Below are positions 1 to 13,355 of a DNA stretch of 64,000 nt, one piece after another. The stretch covers positions 1 to 64,000 of the forward strand of contig NIVC01002497.1 in assembly GCA_002269645.1 (NCBI GenBank), given 5' to 3'. A model generated the notes under the pieces. It was not told the origin of the DNA. It searched no databases and was given only the letters and a program-made list of their open reading frames with translations. This stretch comes from Macrostomum lignano. Its lineage: Eukaryota. How positions within the stretch are numbered: position 1 is the stretch's first letter; every line of letters starts with the position of its first letter. The translations under genes were made by a program, and so were the position numbers.

Positions 1-149
1 CTACATGTCCGAAAAAAATTGCCATTCGTTTGGCTATAATTCAAACTGCCACCTAATTTTTCTTTGTAATGCAGCTTAAAAAATTACGCAGGGTAATTTT
101 TTTACCTTCTTTACCTTCTCTACAGGCTTTTCTCTACAAGTTAGCCCCT

Positions 150-1155
150 CTCTCTGCCTACCCTTCACTTCCCGCTACCCTACCCTCTCCTTCCCGCTAC
201 CCTCTCCTTCCCGCTACCTTCTCCTTCCCGCTACCTCTCCTTCCCGCTACCCTCTCCTTCCACTACCCTCTCCTTCCCGTTACCCTCTCCTTCCCGCTAC
301 CCTCTCCTTCCCGCTACCTCTTCTTCCCGCTACCTTTTCCCCCCGCTGCTACCTCTCCTTTTCGCCACCCTCTCCTTCCCACTACCCTCTCCTTCCCGTT
401 ACCCTCTAGTTCCTTCCCGCTACCCTCTTTTCCCGCTACCCTCTCCTTTCCGCTACCCTCTCCTTCCTGCTACCCTCTCCTTTCGCTACCCTCTCCTTCC
501 TGCTACCTCTCCTTTCCGCTACCTCTCCTTCCTGCTACCTTTCCTTTCGCGTACCTTCCTTCCCGCTACCCTCTCCTTTTCGTTACCCTCCCTTCCCGCT
601 ACCTTTCCTTCTCGCTCCCTCTCCTTTTCGTTACCCTCTACTTCCGCTACCCTCCTCCTTCCTACTACCCTCTCCTTCCCGCTACCCTCTTCTTCCGCTA
701 CCCTCTCCTTCCCGCTACCCTCTCCTTTCCGCTACCCTCTCCTTCCCGCTACCTTTTCCTTCCGCTACCTCTCCTTTTCGTTACCCTCTACTTCCCGCTA
801 CCCTCTCCTTCCTACTACCCTCTCCTTCCCGCTACCCTCTTCTTCCCGCTACCCTCTCATTCCCGCTACCCTCTCCTTTCCGCTACCCTCTCCTTCCCGC
901 TACACTTTCCTTCCCGCTACCCTCTCCTTTTCGTTACCCTCTACTTCCCGCTACCCTCTCCTTCCTACTACCCTCTCCTTCCCGCTACCTCTTCTTCCCG
1001 CTACCCTCCCATTCCCGCTACCCTCTCCTTTCCGCTACCCTCTCCTTCCCGCTACCTTTTCCTTCCGCTACCCTCTCCTTTTCGTTACCCTCTACTTCCC
1101 GCTACTCTCTCCTACTCGCTACCTTCTAGCTCCTTCCCGCTACCTTCTCGTTCTC
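150..1155. repeat. Pyrimidine-rich degenerate tandem repeat (about 17-nt unit CCCGCTACCCTCTCCTT)
   Basis: The unit is visibly reiterated. The 69..1160 ORF is its low-complexity translation. Confidence 0.9.
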
Positions 1156-1387
1156 GCTGAAATTTCCTGCGAACTACAGTGCACTCCTTGAATTAAAAAT
1201 GGGCTAAGATAGCCGACCGTGATGCAAACCAACAACAGATATAACAAGCATTCAGATTCTACATAAAGTATATTCATTTTAACTGCACTGCACTGCACTT
1301 GGCTACACTTCAATAATATATCTTAAAATATGGCCAAAAAATCCAGCCCTCTTGTGACAGTTTCGCCTCTTCCATCTTCCCAGTTTT

Positions 1388-1485
1388 TCACACAATGGAC
1401 ATTGGTGAAAAGTAGGCAACGCTCCCACTAGATGAGGCAGATGCTGCTCCAGATGATGGCGCTAGCAGAGCAGCTGGGGCTGCGC

Positions 1486-1535
<50 letters not shown>

Positions 1536-2996
1536 ACGGGAGTATGGTGAAGCCGCCGCTGCCACTGCCTGCCGCTGTCTCTAGAGCCGGACGCCCAGAT
1601 CTCTGGGATCGCCTGATCGCAGCTGCAATCTTCATCCCAGTGCTGTGACTGGCGAGCGCCGCCGCCAAAAACGACAGCAACTTCGTCGCCCGTCGAGTCA
1701 ACTCGCTGATGTCGGGCCGTAGCGGACAGCAGAGGAGGCGGCGGCGGTGGCGGCAGCGGCGGCTGTGAAAACGATTCCCGCTGCCGATCCAGGTGCCTTC
1801 GACTTCGGCCGCTGCTTTCATCTCCTCGTGCAGCCAGAAGAAGCAACAGCCGCGCTGCCTGTGGCAGCATCGGCAGAGACGCAGTGGCAGCCGGCCGAAG
1901 TCGCCATCGAATATCAGCAGCGCCAGCGGCTCAACGGCCGCCCTGGAGAAGCCGAGAATGGTGAGAAACTTGTACAGCTCGACGGTGACACGGTACTGCG
2001 GGTCCATCAGGATCAGGGCGTACAGCGGATACCAGCAGATGAGATGCAGACACCACAGCCCGGCCAGCACCCTCTGCCGTTGTACTTCGCCGATGCCAGC
2101 TGTCCGAGGCGCCTGGCGAAGCTCTCAACCGGCTGATCGGGCGGCTGGCTGGCGTCGCCGGCGCGGGCCTTGTAGAAGGCCAGCTTGGCGCCGATGGTGC
2201 GTCCGATGGTTCGGGAACACGGCCAGATAGTAGGCGGCCGCCATCAGCGCCAGGGACACGATCAGCACCCACATTGTGTACACAACGTAGTTCTTCACCT
2301 GGCCGTACACGAACAGGCATTTCTCGCCGCTCCTGCTGCTACTGGACGAGCGGGCGCCGGCGCCGGCGCCAACCACGCCGCTGCCAGTTGAAGCTTCGAA
2401 ATTGGCACCGATGAGGGTCGGGCCGAGGTGCAGGATGGCGCTGCCAGTGTACACCAGCGACACGCCAAATAACACGCAGCAGACGGAGCCCTCCGGTTGG
2501 CGCCCCGACGCCTGCCGACTATCAAAGAAGTACACCTCGCAGCAGGCCATGGCGACCAGATTGAAGGCCGCCGTTGTCATCAGCACGATGTAGCTGGTGC
2601 CCAGCGAGTTGCAAGCGCTGCTGGACACGCCGCCGCCGTCAGAGACGAGGCCCCGGCCGCGAACGGCAGGCAGTAGGCGGACATCGCCAGTTGAGCAGCG
2701 CTGAGTGCCCTACGAACGCCGAGGAGAGTCGCCGGTGCGCGCCGGACCAGCAGGAGGCCATCAGCAGCGAGTTGGCGATGAGCCCCGACTCCGGCGATGG
2801 CGAACATGGCGGCCTGCTCGAAGGCCTCGTGCAGCGAGTCGTCCTCGCCGTGCTGCGTGCTCGTCCGGCCAGCCGGTGTCGCCTGGACCGGTCTGCATGA
2901 GCTGCCTTCGCGACCGGGTTGGCTGGGACTTGCACGGGCGTGAGGATCTGGAGGGCGTGGTGGATGGCTTTCGTTAGTGTCTAGTGATGCCTGCAT
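1388..2996 (-). pseudogene. Intronless class A (rhodopsin-like) orphan GPCR broken by about 6 small indels; either assembly errors in an intact gene or a pseudogene
   Basis: Stitching frames gives 7 TM segments: TM1 AIAGVGLIANSLLM, TM2 AFVGHSALLNLAMSAYCLPF, TM3 CNSLGTSYIVLMTTAAFNLVAMACCEVY, TM4 SVCCVLFGVSLVYTGSAILHLGP, TM5 YVVYTMWVLIVSLALMAAAYYLAVF, TM6 VLAGLWCLHLICWYPLY (CWxP), TM7 FLTILGFSRAAVEPLALL, then a Pro-rich tail ending AYFSPMSIV*. Frame shifts near 2785, 2690, 2652, 2214, 2079 and 1778. Start codon uncertain. Confidence 0.8.
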
Positions 2997-2999
2997 TTA

Positions 3000-3160
3000 T
3001 TTACCCCAGCTAATGCTGGCACCCATTTTACAGCTGGGTGAACTGAAGCAATGCAGAGTTAAGTGTCCTGCTCAAGAACACTAAAATCGTTCCGACTAGG
3101 TCGAGAATCGAACCCCCGATCTTTCAGTGGTGAGTCCGACGCTCTGACCACTAGGCTACA
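3000..3160 (-). mobile_element. tRNA-derived SINE, family B copy 1 (3' truncated, CORE-like central domain)
   Basis: The minus strand reads TAGCCTAGTGG (A box), GGTTCGATTCTC (B box), then GTGTTCTTGAGCAGGACACTTAACTC...CAGCTGTAAAATGGG, which resembles the CORE domain. A near-identical copy lies at about 59360-59515. Confidence 0.8.
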
Positions 3161-3539
3161 ACCCAGTGAAGAATAACTATATTTATAAATCAACAACTGA
3201 CAGAATGAAAGTACAAAGAGCTCAGACTATCAGTTCCCTTCTACATGCCCCGCGAGGGAGGTGTGCGGAGCACTCATTTTGCCAGAATTTTCTTCTACCA
3301 AAATCTATCCGAGGCTGAAAGGGTCAAGCGATTTCCCAGGAGAATTCCGTTCGGGAGATTTTTTTCACGCTGCCCTTAGGCAGTTGAATATTTTTTCGGT
3401 GCCAAAGGCACAACTTTCTGCCCCTGCGTTTCCACTGCACTGCCAATGTACGTGTCATCTTGTCTGTTTAACTCTGGAGTGGTCTTTTTACATCTGGCTA
3501 AAGTTGTTGAAATTATTGATTAGGGGACGAATAGGGGTA

Positions 3540-5265
3540 CCATGAGATGCTTAGTGGGGTCTGTCATGAGATGCTTGATGTTGTGTGTGTCATGAGATGC
3601 TTAATGGGGTGTGCCATGAGATGCTTGAAGTGGTGTGTGTCATGAGATGCTTAATGGGTGTGCCATGAGATGCTTGATGTGGTGTGTGTCATGAGATGCT
3701 TAATGGGTGTGCCATGAGATGCTTGATGTGGTGTGTGTCATGAGATGCTTAATGGGTGTGTCATGAGATGCTTAATGGGGTGTGTCATGAGATGCTTAAT
3801 GGGGTGTGCCATGAGATGCTTGATGTGGTGTGTGTGTCATGAGAAGCCTAATGGTGTGTGTCATGAGATGCCTAATGGGGTGTGCCATGAGATGCTTGAT
3901 GGGGTGTGCCATGAGATGCTTGATGTGGTGTGTGTCATGAGATGCTTAATGGGGTGTGCCATGAGATGCTTAATGGGTGTGCCATGAGATGCTTGATGGG
4001 GTGTGCCATGAGATGCTTAATGGGATGAGCCATGAGATGCTTAATGGGTATGCCATGAGATGTCTAATGGGGTGTGCTATGAGATGCTTAATGGGGTGTG
4101 CCATGAGATGCCATGAGATGCTTAATGGGTGTGTCATGAGATGCTTAATGGAGTGTGCCATGAGATGTTTGATGGGGTTCGTGCCATGAGATGCTTGATG
4201 GGGTATGCCATTAGATGCTTGATGGGGTGTGCCATGAGATACTTAATTGGGTGTGCCATGAGATGCTTAATGGGTTTTTGATGAGATGCTTTATAGGTGA
4301 GCCATGAGATGCTTTATGGAGTGTGTGTCATGAGATGCTTGATGGGGTGTGATATGAGATGTTTAATGGGGTGAGCCATGAGTTGTTTAATGGGTGTGCC
4401 ATGAGATGCCATGAGATGTTTAATGGGGTGTGCCATGAGATGTCTAATGGGGTGTGCCATGAGATGCTTAATGGGGTGTGCCATGAGATGCTTGATGGGG
4501 TGTGTACCATGAATGCTTGATGGGGTGCTATGAGATGCTTGATGGGGTGGTGCCATGAGATGCTTGATGGGTGTGTGCCATGAGATTCTTGATGGGGTGT
4601 GTACCATGAGATGCTTGATGGGTGTGCTATGAGATGCTTGATGGGGTGTGTGCCATGAGATGCTTGATGGGGTGTGCCATGAGATGCTTGATGGTGTGTG
4701 CCATGAGATGCTTGATGGGGTGTGCCATGAGATGCTTGATGGGGTGTGTGCCATGAGATGGCATGAGATGTCTAATGGGGTGTGCTATGAGATGCTTAAT
4801 GGGGTGTGCCATGAGATGCTTGATGGGGTGTGCCATGAGATGTCTAATGGGTGTGCCATGAGATGCTTGATGGGTGTGTGCCATGAGATGGCATGAGATG
4901 TCTAATGGGGTGTGCTATGAGATGCTTAATGGGGTGTGCTATGAGATGCTTAATGGGGTGTGCTATGAGATGCTTAATGGGGTGTGCTATGAGATGCTTG
5001 ATGGGGTGCCATGAGATGCTTAATGGGGTGTGCTATGAGATGCTTGATGGGGTGTGCTATGAGATGCTTAATGGGGTGTGCTATGAGATGCTTAATGGGG
5101 TGTGCTATGAATGCTTAATGGGGTGTGCTATGAGATGCTTAATGGGGTGTGCTATGAGATGCTTAATGGGTGTGCTATGAGATGCTTGATGGGGTGTGTG
5201 CCATGAGATGCTTGATGGGGTGTGTGCCATGAGATGCTTGATGGGGTGTGTACCATGAGATGTAT
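3540..5265. repeat. Minisatellite, about 24-nt unit CATGAGATGCTTAATGGGGTGTGC
   Basis: Roughly 70 variable tandem copies are visible. Confidence 0.95.
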
Positions 5266-5992
5266 AAAGAGCGTCATGAGATGCTGAGTAGTGGGAGTCC
5301 TGAGATGAAGGCGATCCGTCTTCCGGGATGCCAGAAGCCATCAACTCGGCGAATAATCCCGCCGCAACTCACCTCACTGCACCGAGAACAGCACCTTGCC
5401 TGAATCCTCAAATCCGCCTCCCATCCCCTCAGAATCTCCAGCGAATGGAGCAGCGATAGCCGCAGGGGGTTGTTGGGGCTGTTCGACCGGACATGAATAA
5501 TTCAGATAACGAAAGAATGAATGAGTTGCAAGCAGCAAAAAGTTAAATTTTCAGCCACACGGCTAAGAAGAGGATGGAAACGAGCCGCGTAAGGCTTGGC
5601 TCGGTCTATGGGCGATGAAGCGAGCACTTTCTCCCGATGAGGCGTTGTAGTTCTCGCAGCTTCCTATTGGAGCAACCGTCCAGCCTTCTAGTGTCAGATA
5701 TAGAGGCTTAGCGCTAATGCCTCAGCGGCCCGCAGGGAGACGCAAGAAGCAGGGCAGGCCCCCTGCAGCGCGTATTACTATATCTTCCCAGCTGCCAGAA
5801 CACCGAATCTCCGTACAAATCCAGCCCCAGAAAACATAGCAGCCTCTATAGTGTGAGAAAGTTAAAGACAAAACATACGAGTAGATATCGAATTTGTGCA
5901 CAGGGAAAGACCATTGAGGGTTGGATAAAATCGAGGGAGTGTGCCAGATGGCATGTACTGAAGACTGTCGCAAAGGCTGCGAATATAGAAGG

Positions 5993-7000
5993 CTCACCTG
6001 GAGCTCTTCTTGTCACCCCTGACTCACCTGTAGCTCTCCCTGTCACTGGATTACCTTACCTGGTAAGTATCCCTGGCACCCCTGTCTCACCTGGAGCTCT
6101 CCCTGTCACCGGATCACCTGCTAAGCATCCTGTCTCACCTGGAGCTCTCCCTGTCACCGGATCACCTGCTGAGCATTCCTGTCTCACCTGGAGCTCTCCC
6201 TGTCACCGGATCACCTGCTGAGCATTCCTGTCTCCCTAGAGCTCTCCCTGTCACCGGATCACCTGCTGAGCATCCCTGTCTCACCTGGAGCTCTCCCTGT
6301 CACCGGATCACCTGCTGAGCATTCCTGTCTCACCTGGAGCTCTCCCTGTCACCGGATCACCTGCTGAGCATTCCTGTCTCACCTGGAGCTCTCCCTGTCA
6401 CCGGATCACCTGCTGAGCATTCCTGTCTCACCTGGAGCTCTCCCTGTCACCGGATCACCTGCTGAGCATTCCTGTCTCACCTGGAGCTCTCCCTGTCACC
6501 GGATCACCTGCTGAGCATTCCTGTCTCACCTGGAGCTCTCCCTGTCACCGGATCACCTGCTGAGCATTCCTGTCTCCCTAGAGCTCTCCCTGTCACCGGA
6601 TCACCTGCTGAGCATCCCTGTCTCACCTGGAGCTCTCCCTGTCACCGGATCACCTGCTGAGCATTCCTGTCTCCCTGGAGCTCTCCCTGTCACCGGATCA
6701 CCTGCTGAGCATTCCTGTCTCACCTGGAGCTCTCCCTGTCACCGGATCACCTGCTGAGCATTCCTGTCTCACCTGGAGCTCTCCCTGTCACCGGATCACC
6801 TGCTGAGCATTCCTGTCTCACCTGGAGCTCTCCCTGTCACCGGATCACCTGCTGAGCATTCCTGTCTCACCTGGAGCTCTCCCTGTCACCGGATCACCTG
6901 CTGAGCATTCCTGTCTCACCTGGAGCTCTCCCTGTCACCGGATCACCTGCTGAGCATTCCTGTCTTACCTGGAGCTCTCCCTATAACCGGATCACACACT
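5993..7000. repeat. Minisatellite, 49-nt unit CTCACCTGGAGCTCTCCCTGTCACCGGATCACCTGCTGAGCATTCCTGT
   Basis: Homogeneous core from about 6081 to 7000, with degenerate copies at 5993-6080. Confidence 0.95.
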
Positions 7001-7649
7001 GAGCAATCCCTCTAAAAAATCCTGAACGGCATTGCCCCCTTAGGTACTTGGCACCCAATACTTTTTGGATAGTTAATTAGCCTTAGAGCTGGGCTTGCCA
7101 CTGTAGCAGAAGGCTAGCTAAGGCATATTTCCATCGTCCATTCGTCAGTTCCACCCTCCTCACACTCAACTCTGTCAAGGATGAAAACTGCAGTTAACCT
7201 GAGAGACTCGAAAGTCCAGACGGTTACATTTTTGGAGCTTTTAGGCACGTGAATTCGAAACACAATCTTAATGAGGCAAGTTAGCATTGAGATTGAGTGC
7301 TCTGTAGGTGGGGGGGGGAGTGTAGGTGGCGCGAATACTGCCAACGAATTCAGCCGCAGAATATGGAACTGCAAAACACACTGGGCCGCACATGCTAAAC
7401 TGCGCAATAGCCTGCCGATCGTGGGGTGGCGGCCGCCCGCCTTCTATTGGGCGTAATTCAAATAAGAGACCAGCCGGGCCAGATGCAAGGTGCCAGCATA
7501 GTGTAGATAAACAGTAGAAGTAAAGACGGAAACAATTCTACTCAAAATTTCATTTCAAAGCCATTGCGTCACCCGACTCCAACTCAATTCGCTCCTTCTG
7601 ACACAATAAAGACAGAGCTCACGAGCTGAGTACAGTGTGAGCAGTGCTC

Positions 7650-9166
7650 ATGGCCAGCCGCATTCTCAGCTTGTTTAACTGCGCCGGAGACAGCAGCACA
7701 GGAGACGGCAAGCGGCCCCTCCATCGGAAGAAGAAGAAGAAAAGAAGCGACAGAGCCGGAGGTAAAAGACCGGTGGGCAACCCGGACTCGCCGGAAGAGT
7801 CCTACAGATTTGCCGCGGCCGCAGTACCGCAGCTTGGCGACGCAGCGGACGGAGACGGCGGCGACGGCGACGGTCTCGGCTGGCGCACCTTCAACTACCT
7901 GTGCGACAAGGAGCAGAGCAGCGGCGGCTACAGCCTGGCCCAGGTGCACTTCGCCAGCCGCAGGCCGCTGCGGGCCCGTCGTCAGTTCGGCGCCGAGACC
8001 GAATTCTGGTGCTCCTTCGCTGGCAAGCAGCGGCAGCTCGAGGCCCGTCTGGTATGTCTGCGGCCGGACTGCGGACTCCGGAGCGGCCAGCAGCAGCCGA
8101 CCAGGTGTCCGACGTCAGTCATCGCCATCTCCCGATCGGGCGGCACCAAGCCCGCTGCCGCAACCTGGAATCCACGCATGGCCAGCTGCTCCTCCAGCTG
8201 GGCCGCCAGCTGTTCCACGCGCCGCTGCTAGCCAGGCCGCGCGAGGCCACCCGCCTGATGACCGACTGCGCTGCCTTCTGCATCGCCCAGCAGAGGCTGC
8301 TGTTTGCCGTCTCCTCCGACTTTAGCTTGCTGAAGTGCGCGCCGCTCCAGCGTCTGGCCATTGACGGAGCTTCAGCAGCTCGACAGCGGCTGATTTGGCG
8401 CCGCAGCTGGCGGCTGAAATCCCTCCTGCTGGCTGCCGGCTCAGCGGCAGAAACGGCGGCCGACGACGACTTTGACGACTTAAACGACGACGATGAACAA
8501 GACTCAGGAGGTTCCGACGACAACGACGGCGACGGCGACGAAGATGACGACGAAGAGGAAAACGGTGTCGCCGAGGGTCCGGCGGGTTGCCACACGCTGG
8601 CGCACTGGCAGGCCGGCCACAGACTTTTCCTGGCCTCCAGACGCCGCGTCTGGGCGGTGGACGTCTCCGACGCCGGCTTCGATGAGGAGGATGACGATGA
8701 TGATGAGGCGGAGACAGACGATGAGGCCGAGCAGCTGGACGGGACGCGCTGGGTTCCGCAACCGGCAGACGCCCGGTGCGCATTCAGCCTGCCTTCCAAG
8801 CCGGGCTCGAGCTTCCGCCGCGTCACCGACCTGGCCGTCGATCCGCGCGGCCTGCTGTTTGTCTGCGACGCCGGCGCCAACCGGGTGCTCGTCTTCGACG
8901 CCCGCAACGGCAGCCGCCTGGCCGAGCTGGGCGGGCGCGAGTTCCGACCGGACGTGCTGCTGATGAAGCACCTGCTGCCCGAGGAGGGCCCCGGCTCCGC
9001 CTACCGCCGGCCGGGCCGGCTGCGCAAGTCAAGCGGTGTCTGCGCCTATCAGCGCGACGCCGGCTGCGGCAGCCGCGCCTTCCTGCTGCTGGTCACCGGC
9101 GGCTTTGGCTGCGCCGGCCAGACGTTCGACGTGACGGGACTCCGGCCGGGATCGGCACAGTGCTGA
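7650..9166 (+). CDS. Intronless NHL-repeat (beta-propeller) protein with acidic tracts; one frameshift near 8100
   Basis: ATG at 7650 (ORF 7644..8231) joins ORF 7901..9166 near QQQP/DQVSDV. The NHL motif VTDLAVDPRGLLFVCDAGANRVLVFD is present. It also has an N-terminal KKKKKR basic patch and two D/E-rich tracts, with GC-rich codon usage like the other genes. Confidence 0.7.
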
Positions 9167-9319
9167 TCATCCTGATTGCAGTACATTCTGTACTTTTTTA
9201 TTGGTTTCAGCGTCTCAGTACTGTTTTTTGTAACCACATTCAATATGGGATTCATGCTAGCATTGAGGACAAGTTGGTCGCTTCCCAGCCTGACAGCCTC
9301 ATCAATCTGACAGGAACAG

Positions 9320-9690
9320 CTCTGATCTGACAGACACACTCACCAATCTGTCAGACACACTCACCAATCTGTCAGACACACTCACCAATCTGTCAGACAC
9401 CCTCACCAATCTGTCAGACACACTCACCAATCTGTCAGACACACTCACCAATCTGTCAGACACACTCACCAATCTGTCAGACACACTCACCAATCTGTCA
9501 GACACACTCACCAATCTGTCAGACACCCTCACCAATCTGTCAGACACCCTCACCAATCTGTCAGACACCCTCACCAATCTGTCAGACACACTCACCAATC
9601 TGTCAGACACCCTCACCAATCTGTCAGACACCCTCACCAATCTGTCAGACACACTCACCAATCTGTCAGACATGCTCACCAATCTGTCAT
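9320..9690. repeat. Minisatellite, 21-nt unit TCTGTCAGACACACTCACCAA
   Basis: About 17 tandem copies. Confidence 0.95.
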
Positions 9691-10544
9691 ATATCATGAG
9701 TTTCCTTATATCTTATACGAGTACCTGAATTGGAAAACTTTCTTTAAAGTGCACGATGTCCTAGGAAACTAAGTTTTTATAGAAAGAACATTCCATACTC
9801 ACCGGATAAGTATACGCTCGTAAGTACTAAAGAGAATCATCCAAGTTCAATTCTTTTATTAAATGTCTTACAACATTATTTAGCTTGAAAGCATCTTCAA
9901 TTCCCCCTAATACTTCTCTCTACTAATACTATATGAATTGTGTCGGCCGTTGCGCGCCGCATATCAATGCTAAGCCAAGGAGCCAAGGAAACTTTTTATT
10001 TGTTTCCAAAAGTGTCTGCGCTCAGTGCAGCTGGCTCACTTGCAGCCCTGGAGCTGGCGCCAGTCTGTGCACACGGCACCCCAGAGCCAGCTAGCCGTCC
10101 GACAGACGATCCGGGGAGATTGTTAAAATCGATCTCAGCGCGGGTAGAAGAGCTTCTTGTTCTCGAAATATAGAAATGGAATTAGCAAAAAGAATTGGCT
10201 ATTGCTGCTTTGGCTTCTAGGAGCAGAAGAAAATTCTCTATTAATCTTAACACACCTTGGCGCAGTGTGCGTACTGGGGGAGAGCCACAGTCACCTCGGT
10301 CGAGTGCTTGGGGAAAAAATAGACTGAGATTTATAAGACTTACAATTGGCGCTGCTGATATTTAGCTGCTTGAGGTAAAAGTCTGGCGTTATTAATCATT
10401 CATTCTTCCGAATCGAAAGCTGTGACATTGCTGAAACTGAATTCTGCTTTTCACAGATTCGAAGAAAAATAAAGGAAGGACCACATGCGGTCTGCGAAGC
10501 CTCTCTATCCGGCCATCGGGTCTTTTGAAACTTCACAATAGCAA

Positions 10545-10905
10545 TCCGGCCCGGTCAAGGTTTGTGTCTCTTCTCAGCTCTCTTCTCTCTCCTCTCTCCC
10601 TAATTCAGTCTTCTCTCCTCTCTTCTCTCCTTTCTCTCTCCTCTCTCCTTTCCCCTCTTCTCTCTTCTCTCCTCTCTCCTCTCCTCTCCTCTCCTCTCTC
10701 TCCTCTCTCCTCTCCCCTCTCCTCTCCCCTCCCCTTTACTCTCAGCTTCTCTCATTTAATCTCTCATCTCATCTATCTTCTCCTCTCCTCTCTCCTCTCC
10801 TCTCTCCTGTCTCTCCTTTCCTCTTTCATTTCTCTCCTTTAATCTCTCATCTCATCTTTCCTTCTCTCTCTCTCTCTCTCTCCTCTATTCCTTTCCTTTC
10901 CTCTC
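10545..10905. repeat. CT-rich low-complexity tract
   Basis: CTC/TCT runs. ORF 10525..10842 is a Leu/Ser artefact. Confidence 0.85.
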
Positions 10906-12013
10906 TCATCCGACCCGCAGCCATGAGCTGGATTCTTCACATCCGGCCCTTGAGGTAAAAACCGTTAATTTGTTTAAATTCGCAGTGGCAGCAAAGTTCG
11001 GCGGAGAGAGGCCTGGGGAAGGGGGGGGGCTATCGATCTCTGCTAGCGAACGAGCAACACTGGTCGCCGCCGCTTGCGTCAGAGCCCTGCATTTTTGCAC
11101 TTTGCCGCGGCTCCCCCACCCCCCCCCCCAGGCCCCAGCCAATACGGATCAATAAGCCGCCGCAGTGATACCCTCCGGGGCTTCAAAAAATTAACTTGAA
11201 ACGGGAAGAAGGGAATAAAAAGCTGCTGGGTATGGTCGGGCACTTGGCTACGCGCCTCATCATGGCTCGAATTTCAATTAACACCGAGAAGGAGAGAGAA
11301 GAGAGCAAGGAGAGCCCCATACAGTCCTAGTCCGAGCTGATGAGCTAGAAGAGGACAGATGAGGATGGCCGGAGGCTGTGACTGGAGATGATGCGATTCC
11401 CATCCCCTCCCCATCCGCATGGGACAGGCAGGGGGGGGCAGCCAAGAAGGGGGGCGACGGTCTGCTGCTTCTGCCGGCGACAACTGGCGGCCGCTTGTCA
11501 ACTCCAACTCGGCTGTCCCGTCCGCGATCCCCGATCCCAAGCAGCGGCAGCACCGCCTGACCCGAAACACATGCCTGTCCCCCACTTCGTCTGCCTTCGG
11601 GCGTTGAAAGTCGCTTTGTCGGACGGTGCACATGCTGGGCCACCCCAGTTCCGGGATCGGGAGGCGGGGAAGAGCGGGAAGAAGGCGAATGAAAACGAAT
11701 GAATTTATTTGCGGCGCAATCAGAGCCATGTGGAGCGGGGCCGGGTCGACGCGATGAAAGAGGCTGGGGACTATTGATGAAAGAAGAGGGAAGTCGCCGT
11801 TATAACAGATAGAGGCCCGGTCGGGGCCGAAATGAATGATTCCACACGCTTCGGTCGGTGGCCGCAGCTGCTGGAAGGTGGGACAGCGACGAAGCCTCTG
11901 CCTGCCGTCTAGTAGCGATGGAATTCCTGTCCCATGTCAACCGCTAATGCCCTGCCAGTTGGGAATGCATAGAGAGCACTTGCAGCACCTGACTGGGTGC
12001 GCTGAATTTATAA

Positions 12014-12458
<445 letters not shown>

Positions 12459-13082
12459 TTCCAGCTGGCAGCTAATGATGATGAGGCCACAGAAGGAACT
12501 CAGACTGACTCACCCCCGCTCCCTTCTCTCTCTCAATCGCAGCCTTCCAAATTAGTTCGCCCAGCTCCATCGCCCCTGATTACCCTATGCCGAGAAATAG
12601 AGTCCAAAAAGCGACTGCAAATTGCGGCAGAAATCTCCCCCCCCCCAGCTAAGACGGGCCGATTAGGCCAGGCGCACTCACCCCAGAGCTGGCTGTGTTG
12701 GGCAGGACAAATAGATGCGCCGGCTGGGCAGAGCTCTCTCTGCTACCAAAAAATATCATTGAAGCCCTGGCCGCTGGCTGCAGTGGCTATCTATATTGCT
12801 TGGCAGTCAAACTGCTTCTAGAGGCTAATAACGTCGGAGCTCGTCTCTGATTGGACAAATGCGTAGAGCGGATGATTGGCCATCAATTCCTAAGAGAAAA
12901 CTCATAATCATACTACTGTTAGTATATTTGCACACGACTTAGGTAGGTAAGTTCAAATATACGGCTGCTAAGTCAATTCTGCTAATTGCTATTAACTAAA
13001 TTATTAACTAAAAGCTTAGTGACGAAAATTGAGCCTCTTTAATATGATACCTCTACTCATGCTCATGCTGCTCAGTGTGTCT

Positions 13083-13355
13083 TAGCTAGAGTGCTCAGAC
13101 TGATTCAGTGTGACAAGATTGTGGGTTATAGTGCTCTAATTAGGAACTGAGTGAGTCCTGAGTCAGCTAGAGTGCTCAGACTGATTCAGTGTGACTAGAT
13201 TGTGGGTTATAGTGCTCTAATTAGGAACTGAGTGAGTCCTGAGTCAGCTAGAGTGCTCAGACTGATTCAGTGTGACTAGATTGTGGGTTACAGTGCTTTA
13301 ATCGGGAACTGAGCGAGTCCTGAGTCAGCTAGAGTGCTCAGATTAATGCAGTGTG
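13083..13355. repeat. 81-nt tandem repeat, about 3.4 copies
   Basis: CAGCTAGAGTGCTCAGA recurs at 13164, 13245 and 13326 (81-nt period). Confidence 0.9.

Noticed and set aside
2125-2127. In-frame TGA in the GPCR as readthrough or selenocysteine
   Set aside because: The alternative frame between about 2214 and 2079 gives a more natural loop (RTIGAKLAFYKAR...LASAKYN), so two compensating indels explain it better.
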